A stretch of DNA of 64,000 nt from assembly GCA_963664825.1 (NCBI GenBank), contig OY761614.1:2848001-2912000 (forward strand), written 5' to 3'. Of the stretch, positions 20,752-30,574 are shown in pieces (position 1 is the first letter of the stretch; every line of letters starts with the position of its first letter). The position numbers were made by a program, and so were the translations under genes. The notes below the pieces were generated by a model, which saw only the letters and a program-made list of their open reading frames with translations, was not told the DNA's origin and did no database searches. The DNA is from an uncultured Holophaga sp. GTDB lineage: Bacteria; Acidobacteriota; Holophagae; Holophagales; Holophagaceae.

Positions 20752-20850
20752 GTATTTCGAGCCGCAGCACTGCACAGTTTGAGCTTCGCTCAAGCCTGTG
20801 CCGCGCCGTTCTACGCCGCCAGCCTACCGGCTGTCGGCTACTCGAAATGC
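20752..20850 (-). repeat. Structured intergenic repeat, copy 2 (inverted relative to copy 1)
   Basis: Reverse complement aligns to 16804-16893 with covarying stems. Confidence 0.8.
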
Positions 20851-20876
20851 ACGATCTATCCTGCACGGGAGGTCCT

Positions 20877-22247
20877 GTGAGCCTCTGGTCTTTGGCGGAG
20901 GTGGCTCCGCACCTGGGGGCGCGCCTCGAGGGGGATGCCTCCATCGTCCCGACTTCGCTCTCCATGGATACGCGCACGATCCAGCGGGGGGCCTGTTTCG
21001 TGGCGATCCGGGCCGAGCGGGACGGGCATGGCTTCGCCTCCCAGGCCTTGGAAAAGGGGGCCTCCTGCCTGCTGGTGGATCACGAATTGGACTTCCGCTG
21101 TCCCCAAATGGTGGTGGGGGATACGCTAGTGGCCTTGCAGCGCTGGGGGCAGGAGCGCCTCGCGGCGGTGGCCCCGTCCAGGGTGCTGGGCGTCACGGGT
21201 TCCGTGGGCAAGACCAGCACCAAGGAGCTGTTGGCCGCGGCCACTGGCGCCTGGAAGACTCCCGGCAACCGCAACAATACCCTTGGCGTGCCGGAGGCCC
21301 TGGCCATGCTGCCCATGGGCACGGCCACGGTGGTGCTGGAGATGGGCATGAGCACGCCGGGGGAGATCAAGCGCCTCACGGAGATCGCGCCCTTGGATTT
21401 CGGCCTGATCACCATGGTGGGTGGATCCCATATCGAGAACTTCCAGGATGGTCAGCGCGGCATCGCCCAGGCCAAGGGGGAGCTGGTGGCCGGTCTCCGG
21501 CCCGGGGGCGTCTGGACCCATCTTGCTTCCGATGACTGGTGCCGCTGGATCAGCCTCCAGCCCTGGGCGGCCCATGCCAAGGCCATCGCGGTGGGGGAAG
21601 GCTGCGCCTATGGCTGGGAGGCCAGCCAGTCCCTGGGCGCCCGGGGTGAGCGCTTTCAGCTGCGCACGCCCAAGGGGCGCTTCCAGGTGGAACTCAAACT
21701 CCGGGGGCTGCACCAGGTGAGGAATGCCTCCCTGGCGGGAGCCCTGGCGGAGATCGCGGGCTTCGATCCCGGGGCCATCGTCCCAGGACTGGCCTCGGTG
21801 GAACCCGAGCCGGGGCGGGGGCGCCTGCATGAACTGACCGAGGGCGGCTGGCTCCTGGACGAGACCTACAATGCCAGTCCCGATTCCATTCGGGCCTGCG
21901 CGGCCACCCTGCTGGACCTGCCCGGCGGCCAACCCGTGGCCGTGCTCGGATGCATGCGGGAACTGGGTCGGGATTCCCAACGGCTCCACCAGGAGACGGG
22001 CGAAGCGCTGCGGGCCCTGGGCGTGCAGCGCCTGTGGGTCTTCGGGGACCAGGCTATCCCACTGGTTAAGGGCTTCGGCTCAGGGGCCAGAGCCTTCCCG
22101 GATTTCGAATCCCTGCGGGATGACCCCATGGGGCTCGGCGCGGTCCCGGAAGGGGCGCGCATCCTTGCCAAGGGGAGCCGATACTGGCGCGCGGAACGTG
22201 TGGTGGAATGGTTCCTGGCTTCTCGCGGCATGCCGGGGAAAGCCTGA
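20877..22247 (+). CDS. murF: UDP-MurNAc-pentapeptide synthetase MurF
   Basis: GVTGSVGKTSTKE, LEMGM, DETYNASP; GTG start with GGAGG RBS. Confidence 0.94.
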   Translation: MSLWSLAEVAPHLGARLEGDASIVPTSLSMDTRTIQRGACFVAIRAERDGHGFASQALEKGASCLLVDHELDFRCPQMVVGDTLVALQRWGQERLAAVAPSRVLGVTGSVGKTSTKELLAAATGAWKTPGNRNNTLGVPEALAMLPMGTATVVLEMGMSTPGEIKRLTEIAPLDFGLITMVGGSHIENFQDGQRGIAQAKGELVAGLRPGGVWTHLASDDWCRWISLQPWAAHAKAIAVGEGCAYGWEASQSLGARGERFQLRTPKGRFQVELKLRGLHQVRNASLAGALAEIAGFDPGAIVPGLASVEPEPGRGRLHELTEGGWLLDETYNASPDSIRACAATLLDLPGGQPVAVLGCMRELGRDSQRLHQETGEALRALGVQRLWVFGDQAIPLVKGFGSGARAFPDFESLRDDPMGLGAVPEGARILAKGSRYWRAERVVEWFLASRGMPGKA

Positions 22248-22294
22248 TCCATCCGAAGAACGAAAAAAGAAAAGCGAAGAAAGGCACAACACCG

Positions 22295-23383
22295 ATGATC
22301 CCCTGGCTCTTCCATCCCTTCCGCGATTCCTTTCACGGCCTCTCCGTCTTCCGCTATGTGACCTTCCGCACGGGGCTGGCGGCGGCGACGGCCTTCATCC
22401 TTTCCCTGCTCTTGGGCCCGCTGGTGATCCGCACCCTCACGCGCCTGAAGATGGGCCAGCACATCCGGGAGGAAGGGCCCGAGCACCACCAGGCCAAGGA
22501 GGGGACGCCCACCATGGGGGGCATCCTCATCCTGGGGGTGATCCTGCTCTCGACCCTGCTGTGGTGCGAGCTGAGGAGCGTTCCCATCTGGGTGGCGCTC
22601 CTGTCGCTCCTAGGCTTTGGCCTAGTGGGAGCCTTCGACGATGCCCAGAAGCTCTTCAAGCGGCAGAACCTGGGCTTGAAAAGCTGGCAGAAGATGGTGC
22701 TCCTCACGGGGATTTCCCTGTTGGTGGCCTTTTTCGTCCTGCACTTCGGCCTGCGTGGCACCCACACGAGCCAACTCTCGGTGCCCTTCTTTAAAAATTT
22801 CCGGCCCGATGTGGGCATCTGCCTGGTGCCCTGGATCTGGCTGGTGATGGTGGGCACGAGCAACGCCGTCAATCTCTCGGATGGCCTGGACGGGCTGGCC
22901 ATCGGGGGGATCCTCATCGTGTCGGTCACCTTTGCGATCCTGGCCTATGTGGCGGGGCACGTGAAGATGGCTTCCTACCTCTTCGTGCCCTATGTGGCTG
23001 GCGGCGCCGAACTGAGCGTGTTCCTGGGAGCCATGGCCGGGGCCTCCCTGGGCTTCCTCTGGTTCAACGCCCATCCGGCCGAAATCTTCATGGGCGATAC
23101 GGGCAGCCTGGGGCTGGGCGGCGCCTTGGGCACCGTGGCCCTGATGATCAAGCAGGAGCTGCTGCTGGTGATCGCCGGGGGCCTCTTCGTGATGGAGGCC
23201 GTGAGCGTCATCCTGCAGGTGGGCAGCTTCAAACTGCGGGGAGGGAAGCGCATCTTCCGCATGGCCCCCTTCCACCATCACCTGGAACTGGGGGGGCTGA
23301 AGGAAACCAAGGTGGTGATCCGGCTGTGGATCACGGCCATCGTCTGCTCCATCCTGGCGCTATCCTCCCTGAAACTGCGGTAG
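22295..23383 (+). CDS. mraY: Phospho-N-acetylmuramoyl-pentapeptide transferase MraY
   Basis: GTPTMGG, SNAVNLSDGLDGLA, IFMGDTGS, FRMAPFHHHLE. Confidence 0.97.
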   Translation: MIPWLFHPFRDSFHGLSVFRYVTFRTGLAAATAFILSLLLGPLVIRTLTRLKMGQHIREEGPEHHQAKEGTPTMGGILILGVILLSTLLWCELRSVPIWVALLSLLGFGLVGAFDDAQKLFKRQNLGLKSWQKMVLLTGISLLVAFFVLHFGLRGTHTSQLSVPFFKNFRPDVGICLVPWIWLVMVGTSNAVNLSDGLDGLAIGGILIVSVTFAILAYVAGHVKMASYLFVPYVAGGAELSVFLGAMAGASLGFLWFNAHPAEIFMGDTGSLGLGGALGTVALMIKQELLLVIAGGLFVMEAVSVILQVGSFKLRGGKRIFRMAPFHHHLELGGLKETKVVIRLWITAIVCSILALSSLKLR

Positions 23384-23385
23384 GG

Positions 23386-24132
23386 TCAGGCCTTCAACTT
23401 CAGTGGCACGGGTTCGCCGAAGATGAAACCCTGGCCCCAGGGCACATCGGCGTCGATGACGGCCTGGAGTTCCTCGGCGGTCTCGATGCCTTCGGCGATG
23501 TAGCCCACGTTCATCCGTGCGGCGAAGACCGATAGCGCGTTCAGCAGCGCGGCCTGGTAGGGGCGGCGATGGGCCTGGTGCACGAGGGAACGGTCCACCT
23601 TGATGAAGTCCGGCGCCAGCCTGGCCATGTGCGTGAGGCTGGCCACGCCGCTGCCCAGATCATCGACGGCGATGCGCAGCTCCAGATCCCTCAGCCGCCG
23701 GGCAAAGGCCTCCAGCTTTTCCAGGTCGTATCCCGCGAAGGACTCGGTGATCTCGATGACGATGCGATGGGGTGGGATGGCCAGATTCCAGAGCCAGGGC
23801 TGGAGCTGCTTCCAGAATTCCGGAGTATCCAGGGTCATGGGATGGAGGTTGATGAAGAGCAGGTGGTCTGTGACGGGTGTTTCAGCCAAGGCCTTGAAGA
23901 CCGCGCCCAGGCAGAGCAGATCCAGCTGTACCCGCATGGTGGAGGCCAGAGAGACATCCTCCAGCAGACTACCCACCGTGCGCATCTGGCCATCGATATC
24001 CTCGAAGCGGGTGAGCAGTTCGGTGGCCATGAGATGGCCGGAGCGCAGGTCGATGATGGAATGGGTATAGGTCGCCGCTGGGCGCTCGCCACTGAGGATG
24101 TCGTGGAGGGTCGATTCCTTCATCCAGGCCAT
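23386..24132 (-). CDS. Stand-alone EAL domain protein
   Basis: ELLTR, FINL, EITE, AVDDLGSG, IKVD, IAEGIET, GQGF. Confidence 0.88.
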   Translation of the reverse strand: MAWMKESTLHDILSGERPAATYTHSIIDLRSGHLMATELLTRFEDIDGQMRTVGSLLEDVSLASTMRVQLDLLCLGAVFKALAETPVTDHLLFINLHPMTLDTPEFWKQLQPWLWNLAIPPHRIVIEITESFAGYDLEKLEAFARRLRDLELRIAVDDLGSGVASLTHMARLAPDFIKVDRSLVHQAHRRPYQAALLNALSVFAARMNVGYIAEGIETAEELQAVIDADVPWGQGFIFGEPVPLKLKA

Positions 24133-24238
24133 CGTAGATCAGTTCTGTCCATTCTGCGGGATTGGGTTTCTCGATTTGGATGGGAAGGGATGCACCCTGG
24201 ACGCCTTCCTGGAAGACTAGGAGTGCAAGGGAGATGGC

Positions 24239-25591
24239 ATGGGACGGATCGTGATCATCGGGGCGGGGCGTTCAGGACTCTCGGCGGCGGCCTTTCTCCG
24301 GAAATCCGGCCGGGATGTCGTATTGAATGAGCGCCGCGCCGAACCCGATGCGGCCACCGTCGCGCGCCTGGCGGAAATGGATGTGCCGGGTGTGTGGGGC
24401 GATCACCCGCTCGTGCTCCTGGATGCCTGTGACGAGGTCCTCCTGAGTCCTGGCGTGCCCCCCAGTCTGCCCTTCGTGCAGGAGGCTCTGGCCCGGGGCA
24501 TTCCTGTCATCGGCGAGCTGGAACTGGCGCATCGGGTCCTGCGTTCGCGTCAGGACCATTCCATGCTGCTGGCCATCACGGGCACCAACGGGAAGAGCAC
24601 CACCACCGATTTGACGGCCCACCTCTTGAAGACCTCCGGGCTGCCCACGGTGGCCTGCGGGAACCTGGGGGTGCCGCTCATCGAGGCTCTGGAGGGCGCC
24701 GCGAAGGGCACGCGCTTTGCCCTGGAGTGCTCCAGCTACCAGCTGGAGACCGTGCGCACCTTCCACGCGGAGGCGGCGGCCCTGCTCAACCTCACCCCCG
24801 ATCACCTGGCCCGCCACGGGAGCATGGATCGCTATCTTGAGGCCAAGCTCCGCATCTTCGAAGGGCAGGGGCCCGAGGATCTTCGACTGATGCCGATGAC
24901 CGAGGACATGCCCCCCCAGGTGCCCGGTCGGGGCACCCAGGCCCGCTTCGGATGGCGGGATCCCGGGACGCTGGGCGCCTGGTGCGATGAGGCCGGGCGT
25001 CTGCATCTGCGGGACAGGGAGCAAGTCTTCGAGCTGATCCACCGTTCAGAATTGCGCATACCCGGCGATCACAACGTGGAGAATGCCCTGGCGGCGGCCC
25101 TCCTGGCCCATCACGGAGGCGCAGGCCCCGAGGCCCTGCGCGCTGGGCTCCGCAGCTACCCGGGCCTGGCGCACCGCATCGCCTTCTGCGGCGAGCGAAG
25201 CGGCGTGAAGGCCTACAACGATTCCAAGGGCACCAATGTGGACGCGACCCTCACGGCTATTCGCGCCCTACAGGGTCCTCTTGTGCTCCTGTTGGGGGGC
25301 GAGGACAAGGGCAGCAGCTATGAGCCCCTGAGGGAGGCGCTGAAGGGTAAGCTGCGCGGCCTCGTTTTCCTGGGGGACGCCATCCCGCAATTGGAGCGGG
25401 ATCTGGGGGATTTGCCGCACGTCTCCATCTGGTCCTTCGATGAGGCCGTGGCCAGGGCCTTCTCCATCGCGGAACCCGGTGACCAGGTGCTCCTCAGCCC
25501 CGCCTGCGCCAGCTTCGATCAGTTCAAGAATTTCGAGGTGCGCGGCGAGCACTTCGAGGCGCTGGCGAAGGCCTGGGCGGAAGGAGCCTGA
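24239..25591 (+). CDS. murD: UDP-MurNAc-L-Ala:D-Glu ligase MurD
   Basis: SPGVP, AITGTNGKSTTT, ECSSYQL, NDSKGTN, LLSPACASFDQF. Confidence 0.96.
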   Translation: MGRIVIIGAGRSGLSAAAFLRKSGRDVVLNERRAEPDAATVARLAEMDVPGVWGDHPLVLLDACDEVLLSPGVPPSLPFVQEALARGIPVIGELELAHRVLRSRQDHSMLLAITGTNGKSTTTDLTAHLLKTSGLPTVACGNLGVPLIEALEGAAKGTRFALECSSYQLETVRTFHAEAAALLNLTPDHLARHGSMDRYLEAKLRIFEGQGPEDLRLMPMTEDMPPQVPGRGTQARFGWRDPGTLGAWCDEAGRLHLRDREQVFELIHRSELRIPGDHNVENALAAALLAHHGGAGPEALRAGLRSYPGLAHRIAFCGERSGVKAYNDSKGTNVDATLTAIRALQGPLVLLLGGEDKGSSYEPLREALKGKLRGLVFLGDAIPQLERDLGDLPHVSIWSFDEAVARAFSIAEPGDQVLLSPACASFDQFKNFEVRGEHFEALAKAWAEGA

Positions 25592-26412
25592 AGGCGTGAG
25601 ACCTTTTCCAGGGCGAAGGTCAGGGCGATGCAATCGGCCACGCCGCCCATGGTCAGGTTTATCTGGCGGTATTCCTCGTTGAGGTGGGAGAGCAGGAGGG
25701 TGGCGCTCTGCCCCTGTTCCAGGAGGCCCTGAAGGTAGGCGCCGTCCTTTTTCAGGCGCGCTAGGCCTTCCAGGCCGCAGCGGCGGATGGAGGTGGTGTC
25801 TTCCACCTGCTGCATGAGGAGCGCCATGAGGTAGTGCCCGGCGCGCTCAGGCTCCCAGCCCCAGCCCAGGGCCTTTCGGTAGGCTGGCCATCCGTATTCG
25901 AAGACGGCGGGAAGGCCCGCCTCGGCTTCCAGCCGGATGCCGCCCAGGGCGTGGCGGTGCCGGATCTCCGCGCCGTGGGAATCCAGGGCCTCGAAGTGGG
26001 CGAAAAATCTCGTGGCGGTATCCGCGATCCCCTTGCGCAGGGCCGGGATTCGGCCATCCCATTCCCAGGCGGCCATGAGCACCAGTCCCGATAGGAAGAT
26101 GTAGCCCTTGTGGGCGTTGGAATGGATCTCCCGGGTCATCCGGCCTTCGGCTTCGATGCCAGCCTGCACAAAATCCTCCAGGGGGCTCCCCTGGTGGCAA
26201 CACCGCAGGATCTCGTCGTAGTAGAGAGGCAGAAGTCCCGCCGAAGTCCGCATGCCTTCAAAGGTGAGATCCCTGTGGGAGCCGCTATCGTGGCGATCCA
26301 CGAGGCCAGGCTTGGGCGTGAGCTCCACTTCCCTCAGGGCGCCTTCGGCAAGGCTCTTGGCGAGGAGGGCAGGGAAGAGGTGATCCGGCGCGGAGGATTC
26401 CTTGGCAATCAT
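25519..26412 (-). CDS. citG: Triphosphoribosyl-dephospho-CoA synthase (CitG/MdcB family)
   Basis: EVELTPKPGLVD...GSHRD, NAHKGYIFLSG, DTTSIRR, MGGVAD. Confidence 0.88.
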   Translation of the reverse strand: MIAKESSAPDHLFPALLAKSLAEGALREVELTPKPGLVDRHDSGSHRDLTFEGMRTSAGLLPLYYDEILRCCHQGSPLEDFVQAGIEAEGRMTREIHSNAHKGYIFLSGLVLMAAWEWDGRIPALRKGIADTATRFFAHFEALDSHGAEIRHRHALGGIRLEAEAGLPAVFEYGWPAYRKALGWGWEPERAGHYLMALLMQQVEDTTSIRRCGLEGLARLKKDGAYLQGLLEQGQSATLLLSHLNEEYRQINLTMGGVADCIALTFALEKVSRLQAPSAQAFASASKCSPRTSKFLN

Positions 26413-26420
26413 GGATGCCC

Positions 26421-27203
26421 TCAGGCCAGGTGCCATGTCTTCAGGAGGCGTTCCACCCCAGGGATATCGGCCGGGGTATCGACCCCCAGGCTCAGGTGGG
26501 GGGTCTCAGCCACGCCGATGGCGAGGCCCGCCGCCAAGGCGCGGAGCTGTTCGAGCATCTCGGCCTGTTCCAGAGGATGGGGGGGGAGCTGGGTGAAGGC
26601 CCGCAGGGCCTCGGGGCGGTAGGCGTAGATGCCCAGGTGCCGCTTGAAGAGCTTCAGGTGTTCGGGGCGCGCCCAGGGCCTGAAATCGGGTTCGAACACC
26701 GAACTATTGCGCAGGTAGGGAATGGGGCTGCGGCTGAAGTAGAGGGCCCGGCCCCGATCATCGGTCACGACCTTCACGGCATTGGGATTGAAGACCTCCT
26801 CGATCGTGGCGAAGGGACAGGCCGCCGTGCCCATGGGGAGTTCGGGGGCTTCGGCCATGAGCCTCACGAGGGCCGCGATGGTGTCGGGGTGCATGGCAGG
26901 TTCGTCGCCCTGGATATTCAGGACCACCTCGAAGGGCTCATCCAGCTGGCCCAGGGCCGCCGCCACGCGGTCCGTGCCGGAGGGGAGGGCGGGATCCGTG
27001 AGGATCACCTGGCCGTCGAAGGCCCGGACGGCGCGCTCGATGCGTGCGTCATCGGTGGCCACCACCACCCTGTCCACTCCTGTGGCGCGGGAGGCCGCTT
27101 CCCATACCCACTGGATCATGGGCTTTCCCGCGATGAGGGCGAGGGGCTTGCCCGGGAAGCGGGTCGAGGCATAACGGCTGGGGAGGACGGCCAGGGTGCG
27201 CAT
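26421..27203 (-). CDS. kdsB: 3-deoxy-manno-octulosonate cytidylyltransferase
   Basis: SRYASTRFPGKPL, SGTDR, NIQGDEP, ALYFSRSPIP, EMLEQLRAL. Confidence 0.96.
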   Translation of the reverse strand: MRTLAVLPSRYASTRFPGKPLALIAGKPMIQWVWEAASRATGVDRVVVATDDARIERAVRAFDGQVILTDPALPSGTDRVAAALGQLDEPFEVVLNIQGDEPAMHPDTIAALVRLMAEAPELPMGTAACPFATIEEVFNPNAVKVVTDDRGRALYFSRSPIPYLRNSSVFEPDFRPWARPEHLKLFKRHLGIYAYRPEALRAFTQLPPHPLEQAEMLEQLRALAAGLAIGVAETPHLSLGVDTPADIPGVERLLKTWHLA

Positions 27204-27369
27204 GGGGGAGCTTTCCTTCGGCTGGGGTGCCGGTTTGATCATAGCAAGGCCAAGCCTGGCGGCCCCCGTGGCTGAAGACCACGCTAGGCGGGGCCTCCCG
27301 TGTGGACCTGGGGGACGGGTGCAGGCATAATCAACCGTTTGACCCTCTGCAGGTATGAAGGAGGTTTCC

Positions 27370-28371
27370 TTGACCCGACGTCTCGCCAAGTCCGTGGGCA
27401 TCACCGCTACCGGTCAGTTCTATCCTGAGCGCATCGTCACCAACCATGACTTGGCCAAGCTGGTGGATACCAACGACGAGTGGATCACCTCGCGCACGGG
27501 CATCAAGGAACGGCGATGGGTGGAACCCGGCGTGGCCTCCTCGGATCTCGGGGCCGAGGCCCTCAAGATGGCCCTGAAGAATCGTGGCATCGTGGCCGAT
27601 GATCTGGACGTCATCATCGCCTGCACGGTGACGCCCGACATGTTCTTCCCCTGCACGGCGGCCCTGATCCAGAACAAGGTAGGGGCTTCCAAGGCCTTCG
27701 GCTTCGATCTGAACGCCGGGTGCTCGGGCTTCCTCTTCGGCCTCACCACGGGCGCCAGCATGGTGGCCGGTGGCGGCTTCAAGCGCGTGGCCGTCGTGGG
27801 CTGCGAGGTGATGACCTCCATCATGGACAAGACGGACCGCAACACGGCCGTGCTCTTCGGCGATGGCGCGGGCGCCGTGATCCTCGAGGAGGTGGAGGAG
27901 GGCTACGGGATCCTCGATTTCGAGCACCGCATCGACGGTTCCGGCGGCCCCTTCCTCTGCATGCCCGCCGGCGGTTCCCTGCGCCCCTCCACCCACGAGA
28001 CGGTAGACGCCCGCCAGCACTACATCCACCAGGAGGGCAAGGAGGTTTACAAGAACGCCGTGCGCGACATGGCCGAGGTGAGCCGCCTCATGCTGGACCG
28101 GAACGCCCTCGATCCGAAAGACTTGGCCCTCTTCGTGCCCCACCAGGCCAATATCCGGATCATGGAGGCCGCCGCCAAGCGTCTGGAATTGCCCCGCGAG
28201 CGGATGGCCAACAACATCGTCCATTACGCCAACACCACAGCCGCCACGCTTCCCACGGCCATGCACCAGTCGCTGGAGGCCGGGAGGCTGAAGAAGGGCG
28301 ATATCGTGGTGCTCGCCGCCTTCGGCGCGGGCTTCACCTGGGGTGGCACGCTGCTGAAGTGGGCCTACTGA
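27370..28371 (+). CDS. fabH: 3-oxoacyl-ACP synthase III
   Basis: TNDEWITSRTGIKERR, AGCSGF, LFGDGAGA, PHQANIRI, ANT, FGAGFTWG; TTG start after GGAGG (alternative ATG at 27355). Confidence 0.95.
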   Translation: MTRRLAKSVGITATGQFYPERIVTNHDLAKLVDTNDEWITSRTGIKERRWVEPGVASSDLGAEALKMALKNRGIVADDLDVIIACTVTPDMFFPCTAALIQNKVGASKAFGFDLNAGCSGFLFGLTTGASMVAGGGFKRVAVVGCEVMTSIMDKTDRNTAVLFGDGAGAVILEEVEEGYGILDFEHRIDGSGGPFLCMPAGGSLRPSTHETVDARQHYIHQEGKEVYKNAVRDMAEVSRLMLDRNALDPKDLALFVPHQANIRIMEAAAKRLELPRERMANNIVHYANTTAATLPTAMHQSLEAGRLKKGDIVVLAAFGAGFTWGGTLLKWAY

Positions 28372-28384
28372 TCCGGTAGTCTCC

Positions 28385-28915
28385 ATGCGCATCATCGCCG
28401 GATCCCTCAAGGGGCGTCGCCTGCAATCGCCCCCGGCGGGTGAGCAGGGCCTTCGTCCCACCTCGGATCGGGCCCGGGAGGCCCTCTTCTCCATTCTCCA
28501 GGCCTGGCCTCAGGGGGCCTTCCTGGATCTCTTCGCGGGGACGGGAGCCGTTGGGCTGGAGGCATGGTCCCGGGGCTTTTCTCCGGTCACCTGCGTGGAA
28601 AAGGCGGGCGCAGCCTGCGCCCTGGCCCAGGCCAACGCGCGCGGCACCGGGCTCCGGGTGCTCCAGAAGGATGCCCAGCGCCTCGAGGCGGAGGCCTTCC
28701 GGGATCTGGCGCTGGTCTTCGGAGACCCCCCCTATGCGCATTCCCGGGATCTGTTCCAGAGCCTGGCGCCCCGCATCCGATCATGGATGGCGCCGGGAGG
28801 CATTCTGGTCTGGGAGACCGAGCAGCGGGAGGAACTCTTCCCGCCCGAAGGCTGGTCGTCCCTGGATTCACGGCGCTATGGGGCTGCCTGCTTCCATTTC
28901 TTCCAGGCGGGATAG
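28385..28915 (+). CDS. rsmD: 16S rRNA m2G966 methyltransferase RsmD
   Basis: MRIIAG, RPTSDRAREALF, LDLFAGTGAVGLEAWSRG, DPPY. Confidence 0.93.
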   Translation: MRIIAGSLKGRRLQSPPAGEQGLRPTSDRAREALFSILQAWPQGAFLDLFAGTGAVGLEAWSRGFSPVTCVEKAGAACALAQANARGTGLRVLQKDAQRLEAEAFRDLALVFGDPPYAHSRDLFQSLAPRIRSWMAPGGILVWETEQREELFPPEGWSSLDSRRYGAACFHFFQAG

Positions 28916-28924
28916 ACTCTTCCC

Positions 28925-30574
28925 ATGCCTCATCTCTCCATCAAGACGAAATTCATGGCCGTCATCGGCCTGTTGGTGGCCTGCTTCGTCTTTTTCAATA
29001 CGCTGGTCTATCCCCGGAGAGTCGAGCGCCAGATCCGCGAGCGATCCCTGAACAGCGCCCAGCAGGTGGCCGAGACCGCGAGCTATGCCCTGGCCACGGG
29101 GAACCCGGAGGCCATCACAAGAGTCTTGGAGGGTGTGAAGCATATCCCCGGCTTCCACTTCAGCGCCGTCTTCGACGAGCACGGGAAACCCCTGAACGTC
29201 ACGGCTTCCGCGCCGGCCTGGGTGAAGGCCTACAGCCGCAGCCAGGGCAGCCGTGAGGCCTTCACGCGGAAAGAGGATGGCATCCTGGTGGCCACGGCGC
29301 CCATCTTCTTCCTGGCGCCCCCCACGGGTAGGGTTGGCACGCTGGTGTTGGGCTTCACCACCGATGATATTCAGAAGACGCTGAACGACAATATCTGGAT
29401 GGGCATCGCCGCGGGTCTGCTGCTGCTGGGGATAGGCGGGGCGGTTTCGGCCTTCATGGGGCGGCGCTACATCCGGCCCATCGAACAACTCACGGCCGGT
29501 GCCCAGCAGGTGGCCCAGGGGAATCTCGACGTGGCCCCCGTGCGGGTCTATAGCGGCGATGAACTGGAGGACCTGAGCCGGAGTTTCGATCTGATGACCA
29601 ACAAGCTCCGGGTTTCCCGGGATGAGATCGAGCGCCAGAACAGGCTCCTGGAATTCCGGGTGCAGGAGCGAACCCGTCAATTGATGGAGACCATCTGGGA
29701 GCTGGAGGAGATCCGGGCCAACCTCGAACAGCTCGTGCGGGAGCGCACCAAGGGGCTGGAGGAGAGTCGCGCCGAACTGCGCGCCTGGGCCGAGACCCTC
29801 GAGGAGAAGGTGCGCGAGAAGACCCAGGAACTCATGGAACTCAACGAGAGCCTCCTTGCCAGCTTCCAGAAACTCCAGCAGGTGGATCGTCTCAAGGACG
29901 AGTTCCTGGCCAACATGAGCCACGAACTGCGGACGCCCCTCAATGCGGTGATCGGGTTTTCCGGCCTCCTGCTGCAGGAGAGCGCCGATCGTATTCCCGA
30001 CGATGTGAAGGAGGACTTGGCGATCATCCTTCAAAATGGCCGCAGCCTTCTGACGATGATCGACTCCATCCTGGATCTTTCCAAGATCGAGACCGGCAAT
30101 TTCGAACTCGAGCTGAGGCCCTTTGACCCGCTCCCGGTGCTCGAAGACGTCAAGGTGCTGGCCGCGGGCCTGATCCTGGGCCGTTCCGTCCAATTCCATT
30201 GCGAGGTCCCGGCCTGGGATGTGCGTGTGCTGGGCGATCCCGTGCGGTTGAAACAGGTCTTCATCAACCTAGTGGGAAATGCCATCAAGTTCACCGAACA
30301 TGGCGAGGTGTGCATCCGGGTGGAGCGTGACCAGGCGCACCTGCGGGTGGCCATCCAGGACACGGGCATCGGCATGAACCCAGAAGAGATCCAACGCCTC
30401 TTCCGCCCCTTCCAACAGGTGGACGGGAGCATCACCCGGCGCTTTGGCGGCACGGGTCTGGGCCTGGCCTTGTCCCAGCGGGTGATGGGCCTCATGGATG
30501 GCACCATTCGGGTCGAAAGCGAGAAGGGAAGAGGTAGCACCTTCACTGTCGAGATGCCTTTGGAGCACTCATGA
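28925..30574 (+). CDS. HAMP-domain sensor histidine kinase
   Basis: Two TMs, HAMP, FLANMSHELRTPLN, NLVGNAIKFT, DTGIG, GGTGLGL. Confidence 0.94.
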   Translation: MPHLSIKTKFMAVIGLLVACFVFFNTLVYPRRVERQIRERSLNSAQQVAETASYALATGNPEAITRVLEGVKHIPGFHFSAVFDEHGKPLNVTASAPAWVKAYSRSQGSREAFTRKEDGILVATAPIFFLAPPTGRVGTLVLGFTTDDIQKTLNDNIWMGIAAGLLLLGIGGAVSAFMGRRYIRPIEQLTAGAQQVAQGNLDVAPVRVYSGDELEDLSRSFDLMTNKLRVSRDEIERQNRLLEFRVQERTRQLMETIWELEEIRANLEQLVRERTKGLEESRAELRAWAETLEEKVREKTQELMELNESLLASFQKLQQVDRLKDEFLANMSHELRTPLNAVIGFSGLLLQESADRIPDDVKEDLAIILQNGRSLLTMIDSILDLSKIETGNFELELRPFDPLPVLEDVKVLAAGLILGRSVQFHCEVPAWDVRVLGDPVRLKQVFINLVGNAIKFTEHGEVCIRVERDQAHLRVAIQDTGIGMNPEEIQRLFRPFQQVDGSITRRFGGTGLGLALSQRVMGLMDGTIRVESEKGRGSTFTVEMPLEHS

